A stretch of DNA of 64,000 bases from Acetomicrobium sp. UBA5826 (GTDB lineage: Bacteria; Synergistota; Synergistia; Synergistales; Acetomicrobiaceae), in contig NZ_DJHF01000025.1 of the NCBI RefSeq assembly GCF_002433005.1, forward strand, positions 45,944 to 109,943. Reading direction: 5' to 3'. Made by a program: the position numbers and the translations under genes. This document shows positions 40,081 to 50,021 of this stretch, one piece after another (the first letter of the stretch is position 1; each line of letters starts with the position of its first letter). The notes below the pieces were generated by a model, which was given only the letters and a program-made list of their open reading frames with translations, searched no databases and was not told where the DNA came from.

Positions 40081-40770
40081 ATGGCAGTCGAAAATTTGGA
40101 AATTTCTTTGTCAGAGTTGAATTTCGATACTTTTGCTAAGGATAGCGATAAATCTAAATTAAATTCAGAGGTGGTTAACCAACGATTGGACGAATTGACT
40201 TCAGTTGCCGGTAAATTGGTAGATCCCACATTGCTCTACGAAATTTGCCCCGTCAGTGTTAAGGATGGCAGGCTTCTTTTTTATGCGGGAGATAAAGTAT
40301 TCTCCTTAGACATCAATGAGGGTTTATCCGAATTAACCCATGCCAAGGAAGTTGTCATAGGTTTAATTACCCTAGGTTCGGCCATTGAATGGGAAATACG
40401 AAAATACAATTCCGAAAACCAATTGCTGACCTCGTATCTTTTAAGTGAGATTAGCATATCCATAATGGGGCAACTTATTGCAAAAACGAAAAAGATGATT
40501 ATGGATTTGGCCCGCTCCAAGGATTGTTGTGTGAGCTTAGTTCATATTCCCGGCTCCACTCCAGGGCTGTCTCTATCGATACAACCCTTCATATTAAATG
40601 TCTTGAAAGGCGAAAATAAAGGTATTACGGTAAATCAACATATGATGATTGAGCCATTTTATTCGGTTACTTTCTTGGTTGGCATTGGAACAACATATAA
40701 TAATCACGATTTATACCCCAAATGTCCGGGTTGTTCTCGTGCAAAAAGCTGTGCGTGGAGAAACCTTTAA
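40081..40770 (+). CDS. stand-alone B12 methionine-synthase activation-domain-like protein
   Basis: ITLGSAIE, PGS, GITVNQHMMIEP..SVT and terminal CxxCxxxxxC. Confidence 0.65.
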   Translation: MAVENLEISLSELNFDTFAKDSDKSKLNSEVVNQRLDELTSVAGKLVDPTLLYEICPVSVKDGRLLFYAGDKVFSLDINEGLSELTHAKEVVIGLITLGSAIEWEIRKYNSENQLLTSYLLSEISISIMGQLIAKTKKMIMDLARSKDCCVSLVHIPGSTPGLSLSIQPFILNVLKGENKGITVNQHMMIEPFYSVTFLVGIGTTYNNHDLYPKCPGCSRAKSCAWRNL

Positions 40771-40782
40771 GGAGTGGTAGGC

Positions 40783-42036
40783 GTGCAATTTCTAAAACGT
40801 TTTGACGAATCTAAAACAAAGGAATTAATGGATGAGGTTCGCGGAAGAGTAGAGGATATATTGGATCAGATTAGGCTGGAAGGTTGGGATGCCCTGGCCA
40901 GGATATGCGAGTCCTTGGATGGATTTGCACCTTCAAAGATAAAACCAGATGAAATCCAAGAAGCTTGGCAAAAATTGTCCACTGAGATGAAAGAAGCCTT
41001 AAAAGTTGCAGAGAAAAACATCAGGTCCTTTCATAGGGCTCAAAGAGAAATATTAAAAGACTTTACATGCGATATAGACGAAGGGATAAAGGCGGGAATG
41101 AGATTTGTGCCCGTAAAAAGCGCTGCCATCTATGTTCCCGGAGGTAGATACCCCTTGCCCAGCACGGTTTTGATGGGAGTAATACCTGCACAAGAAGCCG
41201 GAGTAGAAAGGATTGCGGTTTTAACTCCTCCCGGCAAGGAAGGCAGGCCTAATTCGGTTACGCTTGCCGCTATGGGAATGCTTGGCATAAAAGAAGCATG
41301 GGCAATTGGAGGTGCACAGGCAATAGCGGCCGTTGCCTTTGGGGCTGGCGATATAAAACAGGCGGATATCGTCGTCGGGCCAGGCAACGCCTATGTTACA
41401 GAGGCTAAAAGACAAGTTTTCGGCATTGTTGGCATAGATGGGCTGGCCGGTCCGAGCGAAGTGATGATAGTTGCCGACAGCAATGCAGATCCTAAGTCCC
41501 TAGCCGCCGACATGGTAGCCCAACTCGAACACGACCCCAGCGCAAGGGCTATGCTATTGACCACAGATGAATCCATTGCCAAAAGGGCGATAGGAGAAGT
41601 TTATAAACTGCTTAATAATATAAGCACTTCATCCGTAGCTTCTGTAGCGTGGGAAAATGGTGGCGCTGTCGCTGTAGGTACATTAGAGGAAATTTCACGG
41701 ATGGCCAATGAGATTGCTCCGGAACATCTGGAACTGGCCGTTGAAAAGCCTGAATCCGTGCTTGAGCTTTTTACTTGCTACGGCGCTGCCTTCCTTGGAA
41801 ATTATTCTCCCGTACCCTTTGGTGATTATATAGCGGGCACAAACCATATTTTGCCAACAGGAAGGTCGGCAAAATTCCAAGGTGGATTATGGGTTGGCAC
41901 CTTTCTTCGCCCTCTGCAGCATTTATATGCCTCCAAAGAGGCAGCCCTCAACCTTGCACGGCATGGAGCAAGAATTGCCGATGCTGAGGGTTTAGCTACT
42001 CATAGCCTGTCTATGCGCATGCGTGGTCTGTATTGA
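40783..42036 (+). CDS. hisD: histidinol dehydrogenase
   Basis: YVPGG, GGAQAIAA, GPGNAYV, GPSE, QLEHD, PEHL, GDYIAGTNHILPT. Confidence 0.9.
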   Translation: MQFLKRFDESKTKELMDEVRGRVEDILDQIRLEGWDALARICESLDGFAPSKIKPDEIQEAWQKLSTEMKEALKVAEKNIRSFHRAQREILKDFTCDIDEGIKAGMRFVPVKSAAIYVPGGRYPLPSTVLMGVIPAQEAGVERIAVLTPPGKEGRPNSVTLAAMGMLGIKEAWAIGGAQAIAAVAFGAGDIKQADIVVGPGNAYVTEAKRQVFGIVGIDGLAGPSEVMIVADSNADPKSLAADMVAQLEHDPSARAMLLTTDESIAKRAIGEVYKLLNNISTSSVASVAWENGGAVAVGTLEEISRMANEIAPEHLELAVEKPESVLELFTCYGAAFLGNYSPVPFGDYIAGTNHILPTGRSAKFQGGLWVGTFLRPLQHLYASKEAALNLARHGARIADAEGLATHSLSMRMRGLY

Positions 42037-42047
42037 CGGGCTAAAAA

Positions 42048-42227
42048 TCAAGGGAGGTTTAACTTGTCTTTGATTGCCCTTACGTCGTCGTATATTCTTC
42101 CAATTGCGTAAAGAACTATCCCGTTAATGCATATGGCTATCCCGGATGGGATCGTCACTATTGGTATCATGATCAGAATTCCTAAGATTATCCCTACTAT
42201 CCCGATCATTCTTAACGTTTTACCCAT
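42048..42227 (-). CDS. small two-TM membrane protein (59 aa), absent from the ORF track
   Basis: SD GGAGG; MGKTLRMIGIVGIILGILIMIPIVTIPSGIAICINGIVLYAIGRIYDDVRAIKDKLNLP. Confidence 0.65.
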   Translation of the reverse strand: MGKTLRMIGIVGIILGILIMIPIVTIPSGIAICINGIVLYAIGRIYDDVRAIKDKLNLP

Positions 42228-42416
42228 CTAAAAGCCTCCCTGGAAAATTATTTGTTCATTGTAAATAATATTATCCTCGATCGGTCATAAAAAATGTACA
42301 CCAATTTTTTTCTTTGTGGTATATTTGTAGCTAATTTGCCCCATTGAACCGCCTGGGGTATATATTGCATCGTCGGTTTGTTTCTTTTTATAATAACATT
42401 TTGGAGGTGTTGGACG

Positions 42417-43403
42417 ATGAAAGTCAGAAAGATTGTAGTATTATTGATTACCCTGTTGTTCTTAAGTAGCGTTGGATCTTTTGCTTTTGCCGCGAAAAGC
42501 GATTGGCCTCAGCAGTTGAGGTTCCCCTCTGGTCCTCCTGGAGGTACGTGGTTCGCTTTAGGAGGTGCCATTTCGGATATGTGGACCAAAAACGTGATCC
42601 AAGTTGGTAGCGGCAGCGGTGGGGGAACGAGCAACATTGTCAATGTTGCGAGAGGCCAAGCGGATCTTGGGCTTTCCGTGACATCTGCTTTGGGTGCAGC
42701 AGTCAAAGGTATAGACCCTTTTAAGGAGCCCGTTAAGGGGACAAGTCTTTTCGCAAACCTTTACAGGCAGTATACCTATTTTATTATGCGTAAAGATTAT
42801 GCCGAAGCCCAGGGCGTCAAGTCCGTCAAGGATATAGTTGAGAAGAAGCTGCCCATTCGTTTTGCCACGTTGAAGCCTGGCACTTCTTCCGAAATGGCAA
42901 TCCGCGGTATTTTCGAAAGGGGTTATGGTGTAACCTGGGATGATATGAAAAAATGGGGAGCATCGATACAGTTTGCATCCTATTCGGATGGCGCTGATCT
43001 GTTGGCAGACAACCATCTGGACTGCTTTGCCTTTCAGGTAGGAAGAATATCTCCTGTAATTATGGATATCGAAAGTCGGGTTGACGTAGTTTTGCTTCCT
43101 GTCGACGAGGAAGCCCGCAGTGCCATGTCGGAAGTATATGGCACCACAACATTTAATATAGAGGCGGGATTATATAAGGGAGCACAGGAGCCGGTGCCTA
43201 CGGTAGGTGACTATACTTGTATTGTTGTAAGAGATACCCTACCCGAGGATTTGGCATATGAACTTGCGAAAGCACTGTGGGAAAACAAGGAAAGTCTGGC
43301 GGAAGCCTTTGCCGATATCAAGGAATTAAATCCCACGGAAGCAATCACCGAAGGAGTGCCGGCTCATCCCGGAAGCGTAAAATTTTGGTCGGAAGTTAAA
43401 TAA
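42417..43403 (+). CDS. TAXI-family TRAP transporter solute-binding protein
   Basis: SGPPGGTWFALG, GGGTSNI, PAHPG; signal peptide. Confidence 0.9.
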   Translation: MKVRKIVVLLITLLFLSSVGSFAFAAKSDWPQQLRFPSGPPGGTWFALGGAISDMWTKNVIQVGSGSGGGTSNIVNVARGQADLGLSVTSALGAAVKGIDPFKEPVKGTSLFANLYRQYTYFIMRKDYAEAQGVKSVKDIVEKKLPIRFATLKPGTSSEMAIRGIFERGYGVTWDDMKKWGASIQFASYSDGADLLADNHLDCFAFQVGRISPVIMDIESRVDVVLLPVDEEARSAMSEVYGTTTFNIEAGLYKGAQEPVPTVGDYTCIVVRDTLPEDLAYELAKALWENKESLAEAFADIKELNPTEAITEGVPAHPGSVKFWSEVK

Positions 43404-43423
43404 AGATATTAATTGCAATTTAT

Positions 43424-43458
43424 ATTGGGCGGATAGCTTTTACTATCGTCCGCCCAAT
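43424..43458 (+). terminator. intercistronic stem-loop
   Basis: ATTGGGCGGA...TCCGCCCAAT. Confidence 0.55.
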
Positions 43459-43489
43459 TAATTTTTGCAAGTATAAAGGGTGATGAAGC

Positions 43490-45355
43490 TTGAGGAGTTT
43501 TGCTGGTCCTTTGAGATCTTTTGTTTACGTATATATAGTGTGTATGGGATTGTTTCATCTTTATACAGCCGTATTTGGATCTCTTGAAGCCTATTTACAA
43601 CGAAATGTGCATTTACTGTGGGTATTACCTTTGACATTTTTGTTATTTCCTCCAACAAAGCAAAGTCCAAAGGATAGAGTTCCCTGGTTTGATTGGTTGC
43701 TGGCTTTTTTGGCCACGCTGCCGGGTTTATATGTAATATTTAATTACGAATCTATAATTTATAGAATGATCCAAGTTGATCCTGTAACCGTTACCCAGAT
43801 AGTAATGGGGACATTGCTTGTTGTTCTTTTACTTGAAGGAACGCGACGGGTGGTGGGTTTGCCTTTAGCGATTATTGGGGCACTTTTTGCTTTGTACATG
43901 TATTTTGGTCATTACATGCCCGGAATATTTAGAGCCTATCCTTTTTCCTTTGATAGGATCATAGAACATTTCTATCTCACCGATGAAGGTATCTTTTCCT
44001 CCCCCTTGGGCATATCGGCAACTTACGTTATGATCTTTCTGATATTTGGAGGATTTTTGGAGAAATCGGGGACAGGCGCATACTTTATGGAGTTGGCTGA
44101 GGCATTTGCAGGGCATTCTCCTGGCGGGCCGGCTAAAATTTCTGTCTTAAGTTCGGCGTTTTTTGGCTCCATATCTGGATCGGCAGTGGCCAATGTTTAT
44201 GCGACCGGGGCTTTTACAATACCTCTTATGAAACGGACGGGATATTCACCAACCTTTGCAGGTGCCGTCGAGGCGGTTGCCAGTACGGGCGGGCAAATAA
44301 TGCCCCCTTTAATGGGAGCAGGTGCTTTTATAATGGCAGCCTTTTTAGGGGTTCCTTATAGGAATATCATGATTGCTGCTTTCGTCCCGGCGGTTTTGTA
44401 TTACGTAGCCGTGTTGGTGATGGTGCATATTAGGGCCTTGAAGATAGGGTTGAAAGGTCTTCCCCGTGAAGAACTTCCGTCGCGTGCCAACGTCATCAAG
44501 AAATCGTATCTTCTAATTCCCCTCGGCGGATTGGTCGTGATGCTTCTATATGGTTACACGCCCATGAGAGCGGCTGTCATTAGCATAGCCTTGGCCTGGG
44601 TAATGTCTCTTTTCGATAAACACCATCGCATGGGTCCAAGGGCAGTCATCGATGCCATTCACGACGGATCTAAAAACATTTTTATCGTTGCCATAGCATG
44701 TGCTACTGCTGGAGTTGTTGTCGGTTCTGTGACTCTAACGGGTTTTGGCTTTAAAGTCGTAAGTTTTATATTCTCCTTGGCCATGAACCTTCCGTTTTTG
44801 GCGCTATTGTTAGTAATGGCACTCTCTATTATTCTGGGTATGGGGCTTCCTACCACTGCAGCATATATAGTAGCATCGGCATTGACAGTTCCCGCTCTTG
44901 TTAAATTAGGGTTTACGGCTTTGGCGGCAAATATGTTTGTGTTTTATTTCGCAGTTATATCTAACATCACGCCTCCCGTTGCATTGGCTGCCTATGCCGC
45001 CAGTTCCCTTGCAGGTGCCAATCCTGATAAGACTGGATTTCAGGCGATGAGGTTGGGTCTTTTGGCTTTTATAGTCCCCTTCGCTTTTTGTTACGATGGC
45101 GGTCTTTTATTGCAGGCCAATGCAGTTTACGGCATATTGGCCCTTCTGGGCGGCTTATTTTCTGCCGTTGCATTAGGTTGTGCTTTGGAAGGCTATTCAA
45201 ATAAGCCAATAGGTCTTTTATTAAGAAGTTTGTTTTTGGTTTTCGGTGTATGTTGTCTGTGGCCTATGGCTACAATAAAATTAATTAGCATTGTGGCTAT
45301 AATAACGCTTTTTGTCCTTGCTCGAAGGGGCAGCTTTTATAAGAACGATATTTGA
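43490..45355 (+). CDS. TRAP transporter fused (4TM/12TM) permease
   Basis: GSISGSAVANV, ASTGGQIMPPLMGAGAF, GMGLPTTAAY, ITPPVALAA. Confidence 0.9.
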   Translation: MRSFAGPLRSFVYVYIVCMGLFHLYTAVFGSLEAYLQRNVHLLWVLPLTFLLFPPTKQSPKDRVPWFDWLLAFLATLPGLYVIFNYESIIYRMIQVDPVTVTQIVMGTLLVVLLLEGTRRVVGLPLAIIGALFALYMYFGHYMPGIFRAYPFSFDRIIEHFYLTDEGIFSSPLGISATYVMIFLIFGGFLEKSGTGAYFMELAEAFAGHSPGGPAKISVLSSAFFGSISGSAVANVYATGAFTIPLMKRTGYSPTFAGAVEAVASTGGQIMPPLMGAGAFIMAAFLGVPYRNIMIAAFVPAVLYYVAVLVMVHIRALKIGLKGLPREELPSRANVIKKSYLLIPLGGLVVMLLYGYTPMRAAVISIALAWVMSLFDKHHRMGPRAVIDAIHDGSKNIFIVAIACATAGVVVGSVTLTGFGFKVVSFIFSLAMNLPFLALLLVMALSIILGMGLPTTAAYIVASALTVPALVKLGFTALAANMFVFYFAVISNITPPVALAAYAASSLAGANPDKTGFQAMRLGLLAFIVPFAFCYDGGLLLQANAVYGILALLGGLFSAVALGCALEGYSNKPIGLLLRSLFLVFGVCCLWPMATIKLISIVAIITLFVLARRGSFYKNDI

Positions 45356-45404
45356 TGCTAGGTTAAGAGATAAAGTCAGGGTGCTGAAACAAGGGGAGAT
45401 AGAT

Positions 45405-45743
45405 GTGGATACCATAAATTATGAGCAGTTTGTTGCTGTGGATATGAGAGTGGGGAAAATAGTGAAAGTTGAATACAACGAAAAGGCCAAAAAGCCTGCG
45501 TATAAATTATGGGTCGATTTCGGCGGCGAGATTGGAGTTAAGCAATCTAGCGCCCAAGTCACAGAGCTTTATTCGTCTCAGGCTTTGCAGGGAAGATTGG
45601 TAGTCGCTGTTGTAAATTTCCCCCCGAAAACTGTAGCGGGCTTTAAAAGCGAGATCCTGATCCTTGGCGTTCCCAATGAGGAGGGAAAGGTGCTTTTGTT
45701 ATCCGTGGACGACAACCCTCCTTTGGGGTCGAGAGTGTTTTAA
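45405..45743 (+). CDS. csaA: tRNA-binding protein/secretion chaperone CsaA
   Basis: DMRVG, AKKPAYKLWVDFG, SSAQVT, VVNFPPK, GFKSE. Confidence 0.9.
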   Translation: MDTINYEQFVAVDMRVGKIVKVEYNEKAKKPAYKLWVDFGGEIGVKQSSAQVTELYSSQALQGRLVVAVVNFPPKTVAGFKSEILILGVPNEEGKVLLLSVDDNPPLGSRVF

Positions 45744-45908
45744 TTTTGGTGCATTACCGATCGTGATGGATTTTTGGGTAAAGGAACTCTCAAAATTTTA
45801 AAGTTAAAAAGTACTTGACTTATGTCAAATAAGGTGTATGATAAATTTGTCGATAGGCGCCATCGACGAGAAAAAATTTTTAAAACGTGTATTTAGGAGG
45901 CAACATTA

Positions 45909-46112
45909 GTGAAAACACAGGGTACAGTCAAATGGTTCAACGAGTCCAAAGGTTATGGTTTCATCACAGCAGACGGCGGTAAGGACGTTTTCGTTCATTA
46001 CAGCGCAATCCAGCAAGATGGTTTCAAAACATTAGCTGAAGGTCAGAGAGTTTCTTTTGAGATAGTCCAGGGAAGCAAAGGGCCACAGGCTTCTGAAGTA
46101 TCGGCTCTATAA
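45909..46112 (+). CDS. cspA: cold-shock protein
   Basis: [24 protein letters not shown]. Confidence 0.95.
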   Translation: MKTQGTVKWFNESKGYGFITADGGKDVFVHYSAIQQDGFKTLAEGQRVSFEIVQGSKGPQASEVSAL

Positions 46113-46145
46113 ATCTTAAAAACTAAGATAATATAAGCCTATCGC

Positions 46146-46174
46146 AGAGGTGCCCCATATTGGGGGGCACCTCT
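46146..46174 (+). terminator. terminator after csp
   Basis: AGAGGTGCCCC / GGGGCACCTCT stem. Confidence 0.7.
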
Positions 46175-46275
46175 TAAATTTTGTGTGATAGCATATAAAT
46201 TAAGGAGCCCTTTTATTTTGTCCCCTTAATTTCATTGGAACGTTGGTTTTAGATAAAGGGGACGTTTATCGTTTT

Positions 46276-46554
46276 TTATGATTGAGAGTTAGTGTCGATA
46301 TTACGAGCTGCGTTAATAACGAGTTCTTGGACGAATTTCTTGCGTTCATTTTCATTGTTTATGCTAATATAGTCATTAAGTACATCGAATGTGTCCAGTC
46401 TTGCTGATTCAACAATCTGGGTGAACATATCAATGATCTCATTGGTATGCTTGTTGATAAATCTTTTCTTGGTTTTTTCCAGTTTTTCTTGTGTTTTAAT
46501 AATCATTTCCTCTATAGTGCTTCTTCTTCGTCTTCTACCTCTACCTTCCGGCAA
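46276..46554 (-). CDS. hypothetical protein with an Arg-rich N-terminus and coiled coil
   Basis: SD AGGAGGG upstream; 92 aa ORF filling the gap. Confidence 0.6.
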   Translation of the reverse strand: MPEGRGRRRRRSTIEEMIIKTQEKLEKTKKRFINKHTNEIIDMFTQIVESARLDTFDVLNDYISINNENERKKFVQELVINAARNIDTNSQS

Positions 46555-46773
46555 TTTAAACCCTCCTTTTCGAATTAAATTTTGGACCTATTATACTATC
46601 ATGAGACAATTAAATCTACATGCATCGCAATATTTTTTATTTTTTTTATAGATATTGAAATGAAATATAAAGAAATCGATAACATTAATTTCAAGATGTC
46701 ATACACAAAAATGTCCCTTTGCAATCATCTATCTTCTAGTAACTCTATATTCCCTCATGATTTTTTACAGTAA

Positions 46774-47097
46774 CTAGCTTTTTATTTGTTCCCTGTGGTG
46801 TAAGCCAGTGAGTTCAGAAACCATAAATGTGAATATAATCCCAGTGCCTGGTTCATTAAGTTTTCCAATGTCGACAATGGCATCATATATTGCCTTATAT
46901 TTGTTGACTTCGCTGAGTATTAATATAACCTCCTTAGAGGCTTCGATGCGAAGGTTAAAAAATCTCAAGGCTTCTGATTGACCGGTCCCTCTTCCGTAGA
47001 GGATAGTCGCACCTTTGGCCCCCGCCTTTTTGGCTCCTTCGACAATTTTGTCGGCCTTGCCTCTTTCTACGATGGCAACAATACACTTGACATCCAT
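46774..47097 (-). CDS. P-II-like signal protein
   Basis: AGAKGATILYGRGTG, KEVILI, PGTGIIF. Confidence 0.85.
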   Translation of the reverse strand: MDVKCIVAIVERGKADKIVEGAKKAGAKGATILYGRGTGQSEALRFFNLRIEASKEVILILSEVNKYKAIYDAIVDIGKLNEPGTGIIFTFMVSELTGLHHREQIKS

Positions 47098-47127
47098 AAA
47101 CATCCCTCTCCCCATTTGCACCAGTAT

Positions 47128-47829
47128 TTATATTTTCGTCAATATGCCTAATATCAATACCGAGATCATGGCTCCTATGGACGTTAGTCCAACAATACCA
47201 AAACCGCTGGTTAGTGGGTCGACATTCTCTAGAACTTTTGCCAGACCGATAGCTATTGCCATGTTGATGGGTATATTTACCGGCCCAGTGGTTGCGCTGG
47301 CCGAATCCATTGCTATCGAAATAAATTCATCGGGGGTGAATAGTATTAATATTAGAACGAGTAGGAGCAAAAGGGTAATTATTTTTGCATAGGGGATATC
47401 GAATAAAATTTTGTATATGCCTATGCCCATCCCGACGCCGAAGCCGACGGCAACCGCGTGTGTCAGCATCTTATGAGGTATTGCTCCTATTGATACTTCT
47501 TCCACTTCAAGTGCCAGGGTCTTCAAAGCCGGCTCGACCAGCGTTCCGAAATATCCAATAATAAAAGCAGCTCCTACAATAAGCCATTTATTGCTCATGA
47601 ATACTAAATTCTCTCCTACCGAATCTCCCAGCGGATGCAGACTCATGAGCACCCCTTTCAAAAAAATATGTAGACCGAATATGCACAATAAAATTCCAAA
47701 GATGATATCCTTGACGTTTTTTATTGGTCTTTTTAATATGACCAATTGAAATAATATGAGAATTACAGCTAGAGGCAGTACACTTCTTGTGGTTTCCAAG
47801 AAATCCTTGAAATTGGCCAATATTCTCAT
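47128..47829 (-). CDS. DUF1538 membrane protein
   Basis: EPAL, IAMDSASATTGP, GFGIVGL; neighbour of the P-II-like gene. Confidence 0.8.
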   Translation of the reverse strand: MRILANFKDFLETTRSVLPLAVILILFQLVILKRPIKNVKDIIFGILLCIFGLHIFLKGVLMSLHPLGDSVGENLVFMSNKWLIVGAAFIIGYFGTLVEPALKTLALEVEEVSIGAIPHKMLTHAVAVGFGVGMGIGIYKILFDIPYAKIITLLLLLVLILILFTPDEFISIAMDSASATTGPVNIPINMAIAIGLAKVLENVDPLTSGFGIVGLTSIGAMISVLILGILTKI

Positions 47830-48313
47830 TTAATACTTTGACCTCCCATGTCATATAATAATGAATATATCATCATGTGTTAAACAATATATCTGAAAAA
47901 TAATTACTGTCTCAGGGAGAATAGCTTGTTTTAAACATAAGCTTATATCATTAGTTAAAAGCGATCTCTTTAAGAATTGGCGTTTGTGTTGAACATGCTA
48001 CATTTGGTTTTATTTTTATTGCCGTTCTTATTATATAAGACTTTACGAATATTTGTTATACATGTGCTACATGTGATCTATAGCAGGGGCATGATTTAAA
48101 AATGATGTATTCATATTTGCAATGCAATTTTTTTTGCGAGAAGGTTTGCCTCATGGAGATTATAAATTCTTTTAATATACTGATTTTTTATGGCATTTCC
48201 TGCTTGCAAAAAGTTTGGATATGTAGCTATACTATGATATAGACTATAAGGTGTAGTCGGGGAAGAGTATATTCGATAAATGTAGAGCTTAATTTACAGG
48301 GAGGTCGAATGCT

Positions 48314-48574
48314 ATGGAAGTTCTCAAGGTCTCCGCAAACTCTCAACCAAAATCTGTCGCAGGAGCTATAGCTGCAGTCATGAGGGAGAAGGGTGCAGTG
48401 GAAGTGCAAGCTGTAGGTGCAGGGGCAGTGAACCAGGCCGTTAAGGCAATAGCAATTGCCCGGGGTTATGTAGCTCCTAACGGCATTGATCTAATTTGCA
48501 TACCTGCTTTTGCAAAAATCAGCATAGATGGCGAAGAAAGGACGGCAATTAAGTTTCAACTTGAATCAAGATAA
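48314..48574 (+). CDS. spoVS: SpoVS-family protein
   Basis: MEVLKVSANSQPKSVAGAIA...GAGAVNQAVKAIAIARG. Confidence 0.95.
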   Translation: MEVLKVSANSQPKSVAGAIAAVMREKGAVEVQAVGAGAVNQAVKAIAIARGYVAPNGIDLICIPAFAKISIDGEERTAIKFQLESR

Positions 48575-48615
48575 TCCTTGTAGATGTTTGGGTAAATCCC
48601 CGACGTAGATGCACG

Positions 48616-48648
48616 AAAAAGCGCGGCATCGTGGTGGCCGCGCTTTTT
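48616..48648 (+). terminator. terminator after spoVS
   Basis: AAAAAGCGCGGC / GCCGCGCTTTTT. Confidence 0.7.
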
Positions 48649-48730
48649 ACTATTCCGATCTTTTGATATCATAATTTTCAATGTCAATAAATATCATCAT
48701 ATGTAAATTAACAGGAGGCGTCGATGCGCT

Positions 48731-49999
48731 ATGGATATAATTAAAGCACCGCGGGGTGTAAGGGATATTCTTCCCGATGAGGCTTGGAAGTGGGCCTACG
48801 TTTTAGAGACGTCGAGAAAAGTCGCAGGTTTTTTTGGTTATAATGAAATACATTTGCCGCTTTTCGAACATACAGAACTTTTCTCCAGAGGTATAGGAGA
48901 TTCGACGGATGTAGTGGAAAAGGAAATGTACACTTTTTTAGATAGAGCGGGTAGAAGCTTAACCTTGCGGCCTGAGCTTACGGCTTCTATGGTCAGGTGT
49001 TATTTGGAGCATGGCATGTCAAAGAAGGTTCAGCCGGTTAAACTTTGGAGCGCAGGGCCAATGTTTAGGTATGAGCGCCCGCAAAAGGGAAGATATCGTC
49101 AGTTTTGGCAATTAGATGTCGAGGCTCTTGGTTCAGAAGCTCCGGAAGTCGATCTGGAGATCATTGCCTTCGCTATATATTTATTTAATGCGCTTGGCCT
49201 TTCCAATCTTGAAGTCGTGATAAACTCGGTAGGATGCCCTGTCTGCAGGCCAGGTTATAGAGATGCATTGAAAAGATATGTGGGAAGTAATTTCGATGCG
49301 TTATGCAACACATGTCAAAATAGATTTGAAAGAAACCCCCTCAGGATTTTGGATTGTAAAAACGAAAGGTGTCGTGAAATTATGAAAGATGCCCCGGGTA
49401 TTGCGGATTATTTGTGCGATGAATGCAGCGAACACTTCAAAAGAGTGAAAGAGGGAATGACAATTCTCGGTATCAACTATAAAGAAGATAAAAATCTCGT
49501 TAGGGGTTTGGATTATTATACAAAGACGGCTTTCGAGGTCCTTTCGGGGGAGCTTGGCGCACAAAATGCCGTATGCGGTGGCGGAAGATACGATAACCTT
49601 GCTGAAACGATAGGTGGACCTCACGTTCCAGGTGTGGGCTTTGCGGCAGGGATAGAGCGCATAGTGTTGACCATGGAAGGGCAAGGTTGCGATTTTGGCC
49701 AGCAACCAGGTATCGATGTATTCATAGTGACAGCTGATGACTTGGCTAAAAATAAGGCATTGAAGTTGCTCTACGACTTGAGGCACGAGCAAATTAGCGT
49801 CGATATGGATTACACCGGTAAATCAATTGGCTCGCAGCTCAAGACAGCTTCAAATAGGGAAGCCAAACTTGCCTGCATCTTGGGTGGTGTCGAGATTGAG
49901 AAGGGCGTTGTTACCGTAAAAGATCTCAGGAAAGGTTCCCAAAGCGAAGTGGCGAATGATTCCTTGATAGATTACGTAAAGGCAAATTTAGCTGGATAG
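48731..49999 (+). CDS. hisS: histidine--tRNA ligase
   Basis: [34 protein letters not shown]. Confidence 0.97.
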   Translation: MDIIKAPRGVRDILPDEAWKWAYVLETSRKVAGFFGYNEIHLPLFEHTELFSRGIGDSTDVVEKEMYTFLDRAGRSLTLRPELTASMVRCYLEHGMSKKVQPVKLWSAGPMFRYERPQKGRYRQFWQLDVEALGSEAPEVDLEIIAFAIYLFNALGLSNLEVVINSVGCPVCRPGYRDALKRYVGSNFDALCNTCQNRFERNPLRILDCKNERCREIMKDAPGIADYLCDECSEHFKRVKEGMTILGINYKEDKNLVRGLDYYTKTAFEVLSGELGAQNAVCGGGRYDNLAETIGGPHVPGVGFAAGIERIVLTMEGQGCDFGQQPGIDVFIVTADDLAKNKALKLLYDLRHEQISVDMDYTGKSIGSQLKTASNREAKLACILGGVEIEKGVVTVKDLRKGSQSEVANDSLIDYVKANLAG

Positions 50000-50021
50000 C
50001 TTGGCTATGGAGGCGAATTCA

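Noticed and set aside
47830-48313. ncRNA or repeat array in the long AT-rich intergenic region
   Set aside because: Only short TGCTACAT-like words; no convincing structure; consistent with divergent promoters.
48575-48730. T-box leader for hisS-aspS
   Set aside because: GTGGTGGCCGCG only loosely resembles a T-box; no stem I, and the hairpin fits a spoVS terminator.
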